Of a stretch of 64,000 nucleotides of DNA, positions 8,468 to 16,461 are shown one piece after another. The notes beneath the pieces were generated by a model that saw only the letters and a list, made by a program, of their open reading frames with translations, searched no databases and was not told the origin of the DNA. The position numbers and the translations under genes are program-made. The stretch lies in IMG/VR virus record IMGVR_UViG_3300018481_000002, positions 23,199 through 87,198 of that record; one strand, given 5' to 3'. Origin of the DNA: a virus (lineage: Duplodnaviria > Heunggongvirae > Uroviricota > Caudoviricetes). Each line of letters opens with the position of its first letter. The stretch's first letter is position 1.

Positions 8468-9136
8468 TCACACGTCGAACGTGAAGTCCAACGCCGACAA
8501 CGCCTGGTACTCCCGCACCGACTTCATCGGGTCCTCCACCGTCTCCGGGCGAAGGTTGTGCATCAGCAGGTACATGTACGACGGAGCCTGCGAACCCTCA
8601 CGGGCCTCCTCGGCGACCGTCTTGTGCTCGAAGTCGTGGTCGTCCTTGTCCTTCGAGTGGATCAGGCTCACCGTGGTGCCGTCACGCAGCACCGCGTACA
8701 GGTTGCGAACATCCCAACGCAGGAACGGCGGCAACGCAGCCGGGGGGAACGCAGCGATGAACCGCTCGTGGAACGACTCCACCGCCTCACGCACACGGCT
8801 CTCCTCGATGGGCTCACCCTTCTGCTGCTCGTACTGCTTCTTCACGCCCTCCACCAAAGTCGGGCGCGCCTCCAGCAGTTCGTCCACAGACAGCGGACGC
8901 CAACCCTCGACAGCCATCACCATCCCGAAGGAGTCCTCGGGGTAGCGGAAACCGGAGTCGAACCCAGCGAGCATGGACTCGGCGGGGTCGCCTGGGAGCT
9001 GGCCGATGAGCTCAACCAGCGGGTCGTTCGGGTCGCCCTTCAGGGCGTACATCTTGCTGGGCAGGTCCCATCCCTGGTTGGCGAGGTCGTCAGCCAAATC
9101 CTTCAGACGGGTGTCCAAAACCTCATTCGTTGTCAT
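8468..9136 (-). CDS. hypothetical protein (222 aa)
   Basis: ORF 8468..9310 trimmed to ATG (MTTNEVLD) preceded by GAGGAGG; upstream part Arg-rich. Confidence 0.6.
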   Translation of the reverse strand: MTTNEVLDTRLKDLADDLANQGWDLPSKMYALKGDPNDPLVELIGQLPGDPAESMLAGFDSGFRYPEDSFGMVMAVEGWRPLSVDELLEARPTLVEGVKKQYEQQKGEPIEESRVREAVESFHERFIAAFPPAALPPFLRWDVRNLYAVLRDGTTVSLIHSKDKDDHDFEHKTVAEEAREGSQAPSYMYLLMHNLRPETVEDPMKSVREYQALSALDFTFDV

Positions 9137-9335
9137 GTGCAACCTCCTCAGTTGCTTGCGGGGTCGAAACAACGCGCTCAGTGCGCGTCGGCCTGCGGCC
9201 AGAAACTTCATAGGTGCCCTCGGTCTGACGGTCCACCCAGCCCTGACCATCCTTATCGTCTGCAAACTGACCCACGTACTGCTCAGGATCAACATCTGTG
9301 CGATGTACATAGGTGTTGTAGCCCCGGTTGGCCAT
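9123..9335 (-). CDS. hypothetical small protein (70 aa)
   Basis: ORF track; TGATG coupling to WGR gene. Confidence 0.4.
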   Translation of the reverse strand: MANRGYNTYVHRTDVDPEQYVGQFADDKDGQGWVDRQTEGTYEVSGRRPTRTERVVSTPQATEEVAHDNE

Positions 9336-9943
9336 CAGAGACCAGTTGCCACGTGTCCATTGAGGCTGCCAGCCATCAGCTTCTGCATCAGGGTCGCACG
9401 AACCAGACCCATCGAGGTACTCACTTCCTCGTGCTTGCTGGTGATCTCCGCGAACACCGCCTCCAGGGCGTCGAACTCCGACAGGGCCTGGTCGAAGTCC
9501 ATCTCGTCGGCCTGCGCCAGAAGACGTTGCGCTCGGTTGGAGAAGTCTTGGTAGTGCTTGAGGACGACAGCCTTGGAGCCGTCGAACTCGCCGGATGCGA
9601 TGGCCTCGCTGAGTTCACGTCCGATGGGTCCAGCGTCACCCTGCGCGGCGTACGAGATGGCGTTCTCGGTCGCAGCGAACGCGAACTCGGACACCTGGGA
9701 GTCGTATCCCTTGGACCGCTTCGAGTACACCTGGCGGAGAGCCACATCGTTGGCGTCCGAGTAGCTGCCGTACCGGGTAGCGCTGGACTGCCCAGCGGTG
9801 CCGATGCGACCCCACCGGAGGATCACGAAGTTCGACTCCGTCAGGATCACTTCGTAGAACTTGCGGCTGCTGCCCTGGATGTAGTGCATGCGCCATCCCT
9901 GGGCGGGAACAGTCACGTCGATCACCTTCGCCTTCGTTGCCAT
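9335..9943 (-). CDS. WGR-domain protein
   Basis: KFYEVILTE...FVILRWGRIGTAG = WGR signature. Confidence 0.7.
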   Translation of the reverse strand: MATKAKVIDVTVPAQGWRMHYIQGSSRKFYEVILTESNFVILRWGRIGTAGQSSATRYGSYSDANDVALRQVYSKRSKGYDSQVSEFAFAATENAISYAAQGDAGPIGRELSEAIASGEFDGSKAVVLKHYQDFSNRAQRLLAQADEMDFDQALSEFDALEAVFAEITSKHEEVSTSMGLVRATLMQKLMAGSLNGHVATGL

Positions 9944-9944
9944 G

Positions 9945-10382
9945 TCAGCCTTCTTCCTCCGCCTTCACGGCGAGGTAGGTCTGTTCACTGGCGGTGAGTT
10001 GACGCCAGTAGATTCTGGTGTTGGGGATGTTTCCGACGTTCTCGTAGTCGATGGAGAGTTCGTCTTCGGAGTCGTACTCCTTGTCGGGGTCCCAGGTGTA
10101 TTCGCCACGGTCGAGGTACTCGATGCCGACCTGGACGTTGCCTACGACGATGCGGCGTTGCCGTTGGCTCGCCAGAACGTTGCCCTTGCGGCCCCATTCC
10201 TTGAGGCACTCGTCGCAGACGCTGATCTCGATCTCGGTGCCGTCCATCGGGTCGAACACGGTGGACCCGTAGTGCCCACCAGTGGTGAACGCGGTCCCTT
10301 CGGAGGGTTGGTTGATGCTGCCCTCGAAGACGTTGTCGAGCGGCTTGTCACAACGGATGCAGGGGAGAGCGGACTTGCTCAT
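9945..10382 (-). CDS. zinc-ribbon protein (CIRCDKP...CDEC)
   Basis: ORF 9945..10616 trimmed to ATG at 10382 (MSKSALPC), 1 nt after stop of upstream gene. Confidence 0.6.
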   Translation of the reverse strand: MSKSALPCIRCDKPLDNVFEGSINQPSEGTAFTTGGHYGSTVFDPMDGTEIEISVCDECLKEWGRKGNVLASQRQRRIVVGNVQVGIEYLDRGEYTWDPDKEYDSEDELSIDYENVGNIPNTRIYWRQLTASEQTYLAVKAEEEG

Positions 10383-10383
10383 G

Positions 10384-10812
10384 TCAGCCCCTTTCCAGGA
10401 GCGCTTGGATGGATGCGATGGCTTCGTCGACGTCGACCTCAGCGGTCGCCTGCGGTCCAGTGGGAGCCTTCCCGTTCTTCCACAGGGGATGCTTCTTGGT
10501 GACGGTGCCCACTGGGAGGTGGTAGGTCTCGATCCACTCGCCGCCGTGGTTTTCGTACACACGGTGGGAGCGGGTGGTGACACCGCTGTTGCGGTTGGCG
10601 TTGGCGCTGATGTCACGCTTGACCAGGCTCATGCTGTCCAACTTCGTGAACAACCCGGTCACCGTGTACGTGTGGTCCTCGATCGGACCGTCGTAGCGGA
10701 CTCGACGCTTCACGGTCTTGTCGTACGGCTCCGCCCACAGCCCGTACTCGACCTCTCTGGGGAAGTCATCAGGGCTGCTGGCAGACCACTTGTTCGTACC
10801 GCGCCTAGCCAT
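10384..10812 (-). CDS. small protein, TDEE-tail family (VDVDEAIASIQALLERG)
   Basis: ORF trimmed to MARRGTNKW; paralog of 10805..11170 (HLPVGTVTKKHPLW vs HIPKGSKWADHPF). Confidence 0.6.
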   Translation of the reverse strand: MARRGTNKWSASSPDDFPREVEYGLWAEPYDKTVKRRVRYDGPIEDHTYTVTGLFTKLDSMSLVKRDISANANRNSGVTTRSHRVYENHGGEWIETYHLPVGTVTKKHPLWKNGKAPTGPQATAEVDVDEAIASIQALLERG

Positions 10813-11170
10813 CGCTGCGCTCCAGGAGGACTGAGGTGATGGACGCGATGGCCTTGCTGACCTGCGCATCCGATGGGCCCTTGATGGTTGCCTTCGTGGA
10901 ATGCTTCGCCTGCACGAAGGGATGGTCAGCCCACTTGGATCCCTTGGGGATGTGGTGGAGTTCCACCCACTCGTCAAGTTCGTGGTCCCAGGCGTAGACG
11001 TAAGCGTCAGCGACCAGGGTGCCGTTCTGCTCGTGGCCAGGGCTCTGGGAGATGGACGCCTTGGCGTGCCCCAGAGAGGGGTGGGTTTTGAAAGTGGACG
11101 CCCTGGGGTAGAAGTGCGTGGCGTACAGGTACGGCCTAGCGAACTTCAACGGGTCAGGTTTGGCGTGCAT
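10805..11170 (-). CDS. small protein, TDEE-tail family (QVSKAIASITSVLLERSDG)
   Basis: ORF trimmed to MHAKPDPL with AAGGAGG RBS. Confidence 0.6.
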   Translation of the reverse strand: MHAKPDPLKFARPYLYATHFYPRASTFKTHPSLGHAKASISQSPGHEQNGTLVADAYVYAWDHELDEWVELHHIPKGSKWADHPFVQAKHSTKATIKGPSDAQVSKAIASITSVLLERSDG

Positions 11171-11238
11171 GCGTGGCCTCCTTGAGCCTGCGGTCGGAGT
11201 GTACCTCGATGGTGTCACCGAGCACCGACATCCAGAAC

Positions 11239-11280
11239 CAAAAATCGGTGGGGGTGTGGTCCGGCACCGATGTTCGGTTT
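11239..11280 (-). promoter_or_regulatory. conserved 40-bp intergenic element, copy A (minus strand AAACCGAACAtcggtgCCGGaccaCACCCCCACCGATTTTT)
   Basis: near-identical element at 15829, 24404, 30859, 53875; lies 20-70 nt upstream of next minus-strand start. Confidence 0.5.
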
Positions 11281-11281
11281 G

Positions 11282-11725
11282 CTAGTAGGTGGGGTGCTTG
11301 TAGCCTTCGATCAGTTCCGTCATCTCGTACAACTGGTGCTTCAACAACTCGTGGGCACGCTTGGCGCGTGGCGAGTGAAGGTCACCTTCGATGATGTCCA
11401 TCAGCTCGTGGCTGGGAGTGTCCTCGTGCAGCCCATCGGTCAGGCCGAACACGTCCAGGACTTCCTCGTCGGTCACCTCGTCGACGTTGCCGGTGAGGCG
11501 GACCTTGTCCCTGCCTATCCAGTACAGCTGGGTTCCTTGGTCCGGCCTAGGGACGGTCCCAGCCTCCATGTCGTCCCCGACAGCCAGGTTGCCCTCCGAG
11601 TGCCGGTAGGTGCCGGAACTGAACGTGTATCCGTCCACGCCGTGCACCAACAGCCGGTCACCCACCTTCCAACGCTGGGTCTTGACTACCACTTCGACGA
11701 TGTCGCCGACCCGGTACTCAGGCAA
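11282..11725 (-). CDS. small protein with GDIVEVVV barrel motif and internal VTDEEVLDVFGL motif
   Basis: ORF track; family motifs. Confidence 0.65.
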   Translation of the reverse strand: MPEYRVGDIVEVVVKTQRWKVGDRLLVHGVDGYTFSSGTYRHSEGNLAVGDDMEAGTVPRPDQGTQLYWIGRDKVRLTGNVDEVTDEEVLDVFGLTDGLHEDTPSHELMDIIEGDLHSPRAKRAHELLKHQLYEMTELIEGYKHPTY

Positions 11726-12041
11726 GGCCGAACAACTCCTTCACCTCTTCATCGGTGACCTGGTCATACGGGAGCACCATCTGAATGCCCTTGTAGAAGA
11801 CGTCGACGAAGAACCCATGCTCACCCTTCTGGTTGGCCAGCACGACCATGCCGTCATTGGGGGTGTAACGATCCCTGTCGAAGTTGTACCCACATACGTA
11901 CACCGGCTCCGTTGGGTCGAAGTCGCCGCCTCCACCAGGACAACTGCTGTGATGTTCGGGGAGGATGGTGACCTCCTCACCCTCCTCGAATGTGACTCCG
12001 GCGATGGTGACGTACCGAGGCTTCTTGGTCTTCTTAGGCAA
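11718..12041 (-). CDS. small protein, TDEE-tail family (VTDEEVKELFGLA)
   Basis: tandem paralog, 8-nt overlap junction. Confidence 0.7.
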   Translation of the reverse strand: MPKKTKKPRYVTIAGVTFEEGEEVTILPEHHSSCPGGGGDFDPTEPVYVCGYNFDRDRYTPNDGMVVLANQKGEHGFFVDVFYKGIQMVLPYDQVTDEEVKELFGLA

Positions 12042-12351
12042 GGCCGAACAACTCCTTCACCTCGTCGTCGGTGACAGGCTTGATCTTCGGTTCGACAACC
12101 TGCCGGAGACCTCTCCACACCTGCACCCAGTGCCCGTGGAACCCACCCCGGTCGTTCACAACCAGCTGGCCGTCGTTCAGGTGGTTCTGGTTCCCCTCGG
12201 TGACGTTGTACCCGGCGACGTACTTCACCGAACTGACCCCACTCTTGTAGGTGACGATCACCGTCTCGCCAACCTTGAACTTCGCGGTCACGGTGCGGTC
12301 CTCCGAGTGGAACACCGTGAACTCGACTCCATCCTCAACCTCTTCATCCAA
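12034..12351 (-). CDS. small protein, TDEE-tail family (VTDDEVKELFGLA)
   Basis: tandem paralog, 8-nt overlap junction. Confidence 0.7.
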   Translation of the reverse strand: MDEEVEDGVEFTVFHSEDRTVTAKFKVGETVIVTYKSGVSSVKYVAGYNVTEGNQNHLNDGQLVVNDRGGFHGHWVQVWRGLRQVVEPKIKPVTDDEVKELFGLA

Positions 12352-12679
12352 GACCGAACACCTCCCTCACTTCCTCGTCAGTAACGGGCTTCCATCGGGG
12401 CACGATCAGCAGACGACCGGACGGGTCGTGGGTGTCACACCACCAGCCGCCACCGTCCTCACCTGGGACGTCGTGGATGGCGACCTGGTCCGTCCATGCG
12501 GAGTCGTCCTCGAAGGTGTAGTGCCCCACGTAGCCCTCGAAACCGTTATCGTAGGCGTCGATCATGCGCTTGTCTTTGAGCCAGTGCTCTAGCAAGACCA
12601 CCTCTTCGTCTTCGACGAACGTGACACCGTTGATCTCTTTCGACCTCGGGTAGTCCGGGTGCTTCTTCTTCTTAGCCAT
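12344..12679 (-). CDS. small protein, TDEE-tail family (VTDEEVREVFGLG)
   Basis: tandem paralog, 8-nt overlap junction. Confidence 0.7.
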   Translation of the reverse strand: MAKKKKHPDYPRSKEINGVTFVEDEEVVLLEHWLKDKRMIDAYDNGFEGYVGHYTFEDDSAWTDQVAIHDVPGEDGGGWWCDTHDPSGRLLIVPRWKPVTDEEVREVFGLG

Positions 12680-13172
12680 CGACCCAGTCCGTCACCTCGC
12701 GGCGAACCACCCGACAGTCGTCCTTGAACATGTAGTTGTCGATCCAACCCTGCACCTCATCACGGGTCTTCCCGTCCCAGAGCGTCAAGTCCTCCTGAAG
12801 GGAGGCCCGGTTCTGCTCCATGACACCCCATTCGGTGTGGGTCTCGCCCTTCAACTCCTCGTCAACCCGCACAGCTTCCTGGGTGACAACGGACTGGATG
12901 GAGGCGATTGCAGCCTCTACCTCGGATTCGTCAGGAGCCAGTTCGTGGGCGATGCAGTCCTCGTGGACCCACTTGCCTTTCAAGCCAACGTGGTGAGGTT
13001 TGCCGTCGTAGTCGCCGACCTCGACGACCTCGCACACCTCACCGATCTCGAAGATCGGTTTCCCGTTGTCCCTCACGTGGTACTTGAAGTAGGGCTTCTC
13101 TCTGTGAGGCTCCATCAAGAACTTGGCCTCCGAGACCAGGTAGACGGTGTCACCTCGGTTGTACTTGCTCAC
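12672..13172 (-). CDS. protein with GDTVYLV barrel motif and internal ESEVEAAIASIQSV motif plus 65-aa extension
   Basis: ORF track; family motifs. Confidence 0.65.
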   Translation of the reverse strand: MSKYNRGDTVYLVSEAKFLMEPHREKPYFKYHVRDNGKPIFEIGEVCEVVEVGDYDGKPHHVGLKGKWVHEDCIAHELAPDESEVEAAIASIQSVVTQEAVRVDEELKGETHTEWGVMEQNRASLQEDLTLWDGKTRDEVQGWIDNYMFKDDCRVVRREVTDWVDG

Positions 13173-13462
13173 CGCTCACCTCCCTGGATGCTGGTGATCG
13201 CTTCACGAATGTCGTCGTCGGTCACCGGCTCGAAGTTCGAGACCGCATCGACTGGGAACACCCAGGAGCGGTCGGGGAAAATGACCCCGACGGAGTCGAC
13301 TCTGCCGTTCGTTGTGTTGATGGCTCTAACTTCACCGACGGCCCCAACCACTGGGAAGGGGTCGCGGGTTGGTTTGTTTCTGTAGGCGTCGCTTACGTGG
13401 GGGTCTGAGCGGACCACCCACACCTTCTGGCCGTAGTACCAGCCGTCGACGCCGTCAGGCAC
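13169..13462 (-). CDS. small protein, TDEE-tail family (PVTDDDIREAITSIQGGER; bridges FGLA and AIASI variants)
   Basis: ORF track; ATGA coupling. Confidence 0.65.
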   Translation of the reverse strand: MPDGVDGWYYGQKVWVVRSDPHVSDAYRNKPTRDPFPVVGAVGEVRAINTTNGRVDSVGVIFPDRSWVFPVDAVSNFEPVTDDDIREAITSIQGGER

Positions 13463-13769
13463 CCATCACGCTCTGGATGGATGCGATCGCTGCCTCCACC
13501 TCCGCATCGGACACGGAGTCCATGATGAGCAGCGACTCGTCGGCGAGGTGGTAGCCATGGTTTGCCGTCGACTCGGCGTAGCGGTACTCGTCGAACCTGA
13601 TCCCGTACGTCACACCAACAGCAGGCTTGTTCCTGGCGCTCAACACGTCCGGGTCGTCGAGGAGGGCAACCACCTCGCCACGGTAGTGTTCAGGCCAGAC
13701 ACCGGGGGCGAGTTCGTCCTTGTCCAGGAGGAACCGGTCGCCGGGTTGGAACTTGAAGACCTCCATCAC
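13455..13769 (-). CDS. small protein, TDEE-tail family (SDAEVEAAIASIQSVMGA)
   Basis: ORF track. Confidence 0.65.
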   Translation of the reverse strand: MMEVFKFQPGDRFLLDKDELAPGVWPEHYRGEVVALLDDPDVLSARNKPAVGVTYGIRFDEYRYAESTANHGYHLADESLLIMDSVSDAEVEAAIASIQSVMGA

Positions 13770-13999
13770 TCACCAGCGAGCTTGTGGTACATCCACTCGG
13801 TCCCCTTGGAGATTCCGACGAGTGTCCAAAACAAGATCTGCACGGGCCAAGCCAGTGTGTAGAAGGCGATCTCGGCCCAGGGGGTGCCTTCGCGGTGGCG
13901 ACCCGTGTGGATCGTGCCGGTGGCGATGGCGTGCGTGACGTTCAGGATGCCGATGCCGACGAAGAAGTAGGCGAAGACTGGAAACCATGTCCAATCCAT
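13766..13999 (-). CDS. small membrane protein (2 predicted TM helices)
   Basis: hydrophobic segments FPVFAYFFVGIGIL and LAWPVQILFWTLVGI; ATGA coupling. Confidence 0.6.
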   Translation of the reverse strand: MDWTWFPVFAYFFVGIGILNVTHAIATGTIHTGRHREGTPWAEIAFYTLAWPVQILFWTLVGISKGTEWMYHKLAGE

Positions 14000-14065
14000 T
14001 AGTGACTCCTAGTGTGGGGGTACAGGATCAACGATCGCGTCGGGGTTGCGGTATGGGCATGGAAC

Positions 14066-14093
14066 GGGGGGACGGACATGGCGTCCGCCCCCC
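14066..14093 (-). terminator. GC-rich hairpin (GGGGGGACGGAC-atggc-GTCCGCCCCCC) downstream of vWA gene; contains CGGAC-N5-GTCCG
   Basis: 11-bp stem with one mismatch seen directly; no U-tract. Confidence 0.45.
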
Positions 14094-14105
14094 GCCACCC
14101 TTACC

Positions 14106-15809
14106 TCAGACCTTCTCGAAAATCTGCTGCACCGACTCCGGCTTCAACTCGTTCACCGGAATCGTCGCGTCACTGATCTTCTCCAAAAGGCCCAACGGAC
14201 CCTCCGAGTAGCGCATGTCGTAACCGCCACCGATGTACACCGAGTACATCCTGACACCGACACGCTCCCTCTCCTTGTTGAACTTCTCGATCCAGTCCTC
14301 GGCCAAGTTCGCGGCACCATCGGTGATGAACACGATGTCAGCCTTGCCCTTGTTCTCGTCGTCGAACGACTTCGACGCCTTCTCCAACGCCTCGGTCAAC
14401 ACCCCATCGAACTGGGTGCCACCGTTCGCCTGGGTCCCGAGGAAAGCCAGCACCTTGTCGAACGGTCCCTTACCCTCGGGGAAGTCGAAACGCTCTCGGT
14501 CGTTGTTCGACCCGAAGAACATGGCGTAGTAGTCGCGGTCTTCCTCGGCTGCAAACCTTCGCAAAGCCTCCGCGACACCCATCGCCCATCGGAACGGGTC
14601 TCCCTGCATCGACCCGGACTTGTCGATCGCGATCACGATCGGGCCCTTGCCGACGTCTTCGGAGCCACGCATCTTGTACACGAGCAATTCCTTGTCGACG
14701 TATCGACGGAAGAACTCGTACGACGTCTCCTCGGTTGCGAGCAAGGCAAGCTGCGGACGGAGGACTCGCTTGAGGTCGTTGCCGGTTTCGACGTCGTACG
14801 CCTCGTGGGGCACGTCGTTGATACGCTGGGCCTTCACGCCCAGAGCGAATCGCTTCATCCGACCGATGACCTCGGCGAGTTCCTTCATCTCGGCGGTGCG
14901 GAGCTTGTCCGCCATCGCCATCCGCGACTCAGGGTTCATCGAGTACCACTCGCCGTCTTCGAGGCCGATCCCCTTGCGGAGACCCTCGATCTCGGACACC
15001 TCCTTCGTCGCCGCGTCCAGCGCCTCGTGAGCGAGCCGGTCCAGGTCGAGACCATCGAGGGCCTCGTCGAACTGGCGTTCCCACTCAGCCTCCTGCTGGT
15101 TCAGCGCATCCTCGGAGTTCGGGTCGAAGTCCTCGTCACCCTCGGTGGTGAGGTCCTCGTCCTCCAGGTCCTGACCGCCGCCGCCGTCTCCACCCTGGGA
15201 GCCATCGGTGGACGGGCCCTTCTGGCCGGAGTTCTTCTTGCCTCCGCCCTTGCCCTGACCTCCCTGGCCCTGGCCTCCGCCCTGACCCTGACCGCCACCC
15301 GGAGGGGCGTTGGGGTCGGGCTGGTCGACGTTTTGGACACGTGTCAGCATCTCGCGGACGGTCTCGCCCATCGAGTCCAACGCCACGGTCGACATGACCG
15401 GGTCGCTGGCCGTCATCTCCTGGAGGTCCTGGAGCTGCGGGTTGTCCATCATCTCCTGCATGATCCGGCGAACCGGGAACAGGTCTCGTTCGATCTCCCT
15501 CTTGGGGGCCAGCTTGGGTGCGGCCTTGTAGAAGGTGTGGAACAGTGACTCGACGAGCTCGGGCGAGGGGTCGAATCCCTGCCGCTCGCCGCCACGGTGC
15601 TCGTCGCCGACCTCCAGGTCGGAGATCAGGTCGTCCACGGTGCGGGTCTTGCGTGCCTCACCGTAGATCCGCTGGTCCCAGCGGTTCTGCTCGACGACGT
15701 GGCGGTGACGCGGCTTCGGCTGGGACCTCTGGTAGGCAGGGTCGCCAACGATCTCTTGTCCGGTGTTCAGGGCCATTCGTGCCCTGAGCCGGTCCATGAA
15801 GCTGGTCAT
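14106..15809 (-). CDS. vWA (von Willebrand A, MIDAS) protein with Gly/Gln low-complexity linker
   Basis: VIAIDKSGSMQG (DxSxS MIDAS); GGGQGQGGGQGQGGQGKGGGKK linker; GAGGAGG RBS. Confidence 0.8.
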   Translation of the reverse strand: MTSFMDRLRARMALNTGQEIVGDPAYQRSQPKPRHRHVVEQNRWDQRIYGEARKTRTVDDLISDLEVGDEHRGGERQGFDPSPELVESLFHTFYKAAPKLAPKREIERDLFPVRRIMQEMMDNPQLQDLQEMTASDPVMSTVALDSMGETVREMLTRVQNVDQPDPNAPPGGGQGQGGGQGQGGQGKGGGKKNSGQKGPSTDGSQGGDGGGGQDLEDEDLTTEGDEDFDPNSEDALNQQEAEWERQFDEALDGLDLDRLAHEALDAATKEVSEIEGLRKGIGLEDGEWYSMNPESRMAMADKLRTAEMKELAEVIGRMKRFALGVKAQRINDVPHEAYDVETGNDLKRVLRPQLALLATEETSYEFFRRYVDKELLVYKMRGSEDVGKGPIVIAIDKSGSMQGDPFRWAMGVAEALRRFAAEEDRDYYAMFFGSNNDRERFDFPEGKGPFDKVLAFLGTQANGGTQFDGVLTEALEKASKSFDDENKGKADIVFITDGAANLAEDWIEKFNKERERVGVRMYSVYIGGGYDMRYSEGPLGLLEKISDATIPVNELKPESVQQIFEKV

Positions 15810-15828
15810 GTACTCCTCCTCGGAGTTG

Positions 15829-15869
15829 GAAAAAACGGTGGGTTGTTAGTCGGTGCCTTTGTTCGGTTT
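15829..15869 (-). promoter_or_regulatory. conserved 40-bp intergenic element, copy B
   Basis: aaaaacggtgggttgttagtcggtgcctttgttcggttt; T-tract ends 20 nt upstream of vWA ATG. Confidence 0.5.
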
Positions 15870-16085
15870 GATGCCGAGTGAGTCGAGGATGTAGGCCATC
15901 TCTTCCTCGGTGGGTTCGTCGGCCCAGATGGCTGCCCGCATTGTCCCGTCCACACTGCACGAGTGTGTGCTGGCTTTGTGGTGAGGTTCGCCCGCGAGGA
16001 TGGCTTTGGTGTTGTCCCATTCGTGGGCGGTGTAGACAGCTTCGACCTTCTCGCCGCAGCCGCTGCACTCCCAACCCCAGATCAT
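15846..16085 (-). CDS. small zinc-ribbon protein with ..EEEMAYILDSLGI tail
   Basis: WECSGCG...; paralog of next two genes; ATGA coupling. Confidence 0.55.
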   Translation of the reverse strand: MIWGWECSGCGEKVEAVYTAHEWDNTKAILAGEPHHKASTHSCSVDGTMRAAIWADEPTEEEMAYILDSLGIKPNKGTD

Positions 16086-16264
16086 GGTTCGACTCCTAGG
16101 GATTTGTAGAGGTAGGCCATGTCCTCGTCTGAGGGTGGTCCTTGCTCATTCGCCCAGAAGACTCGATCAGGATGGACTTCCCGGTCGTGGAGCTTGGCGT
16201 CTTCCGGGGTTGGACTGGAGGGATCCCACCACTTACCGCACTCCCGGCATTTCCATCCCCCCAT
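16082..16264 (-). CDS. small zinc-ribbon protein with ..DEDMAYLYKSLGVEP tail
   Basis: WKCRECGKWW...HDREVHPDRVFW; TGATG coupling. Confidence 0.6.
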   Translation of the reverse strand: MGGWKCRECGKWWDPSSPTPEDAKLHDREVHPDRVFWANEQGPPSDEDMAYLYKSLGVEP

Positions 16265-16461
16265 CAGGACACTCCCAGCGACTTGTATACGTAGGCCATG
16301 TCTTCAGCGGGGGGTGGGGTGGCCTCGGCAACCGAGGTCTCCCACACCTTGTTGGGGTGCACTTCCCTGTCGTGATGGAGCGCTTGACGGTTCACCTCAC
16401 CGTCCGGGTCGCGCTGGGACCATCGTCTACGGCAGGTTTCGCACTCCCATTCCCTGTCCAT
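16264..16461 (-). CDS. small zinc-ribbon protein with ..AEDMAYVYKSLGVS tail
   Basis: ORF 16264..16572 trimmed to MDREWECETC; HHDREVHPNKVWE shared with neighbour. Confidence 0.6.
   Translation of the reverse strand: MDREWECETCRRRWSQRDPDGEVNRQALHHDREVHPNKVWETSVAEATPPPAEDMAYVYKSLGVS

Noticed and set aside
14700-15300. Gly/Gln-rich tract in the vWA protein as a collagen-like or structural repeat
   Set aside because: It is short (about 45 aa), lacks G-X-Y triplet regularity, and fits a flexible linker between vWA and the N-terminal domain.
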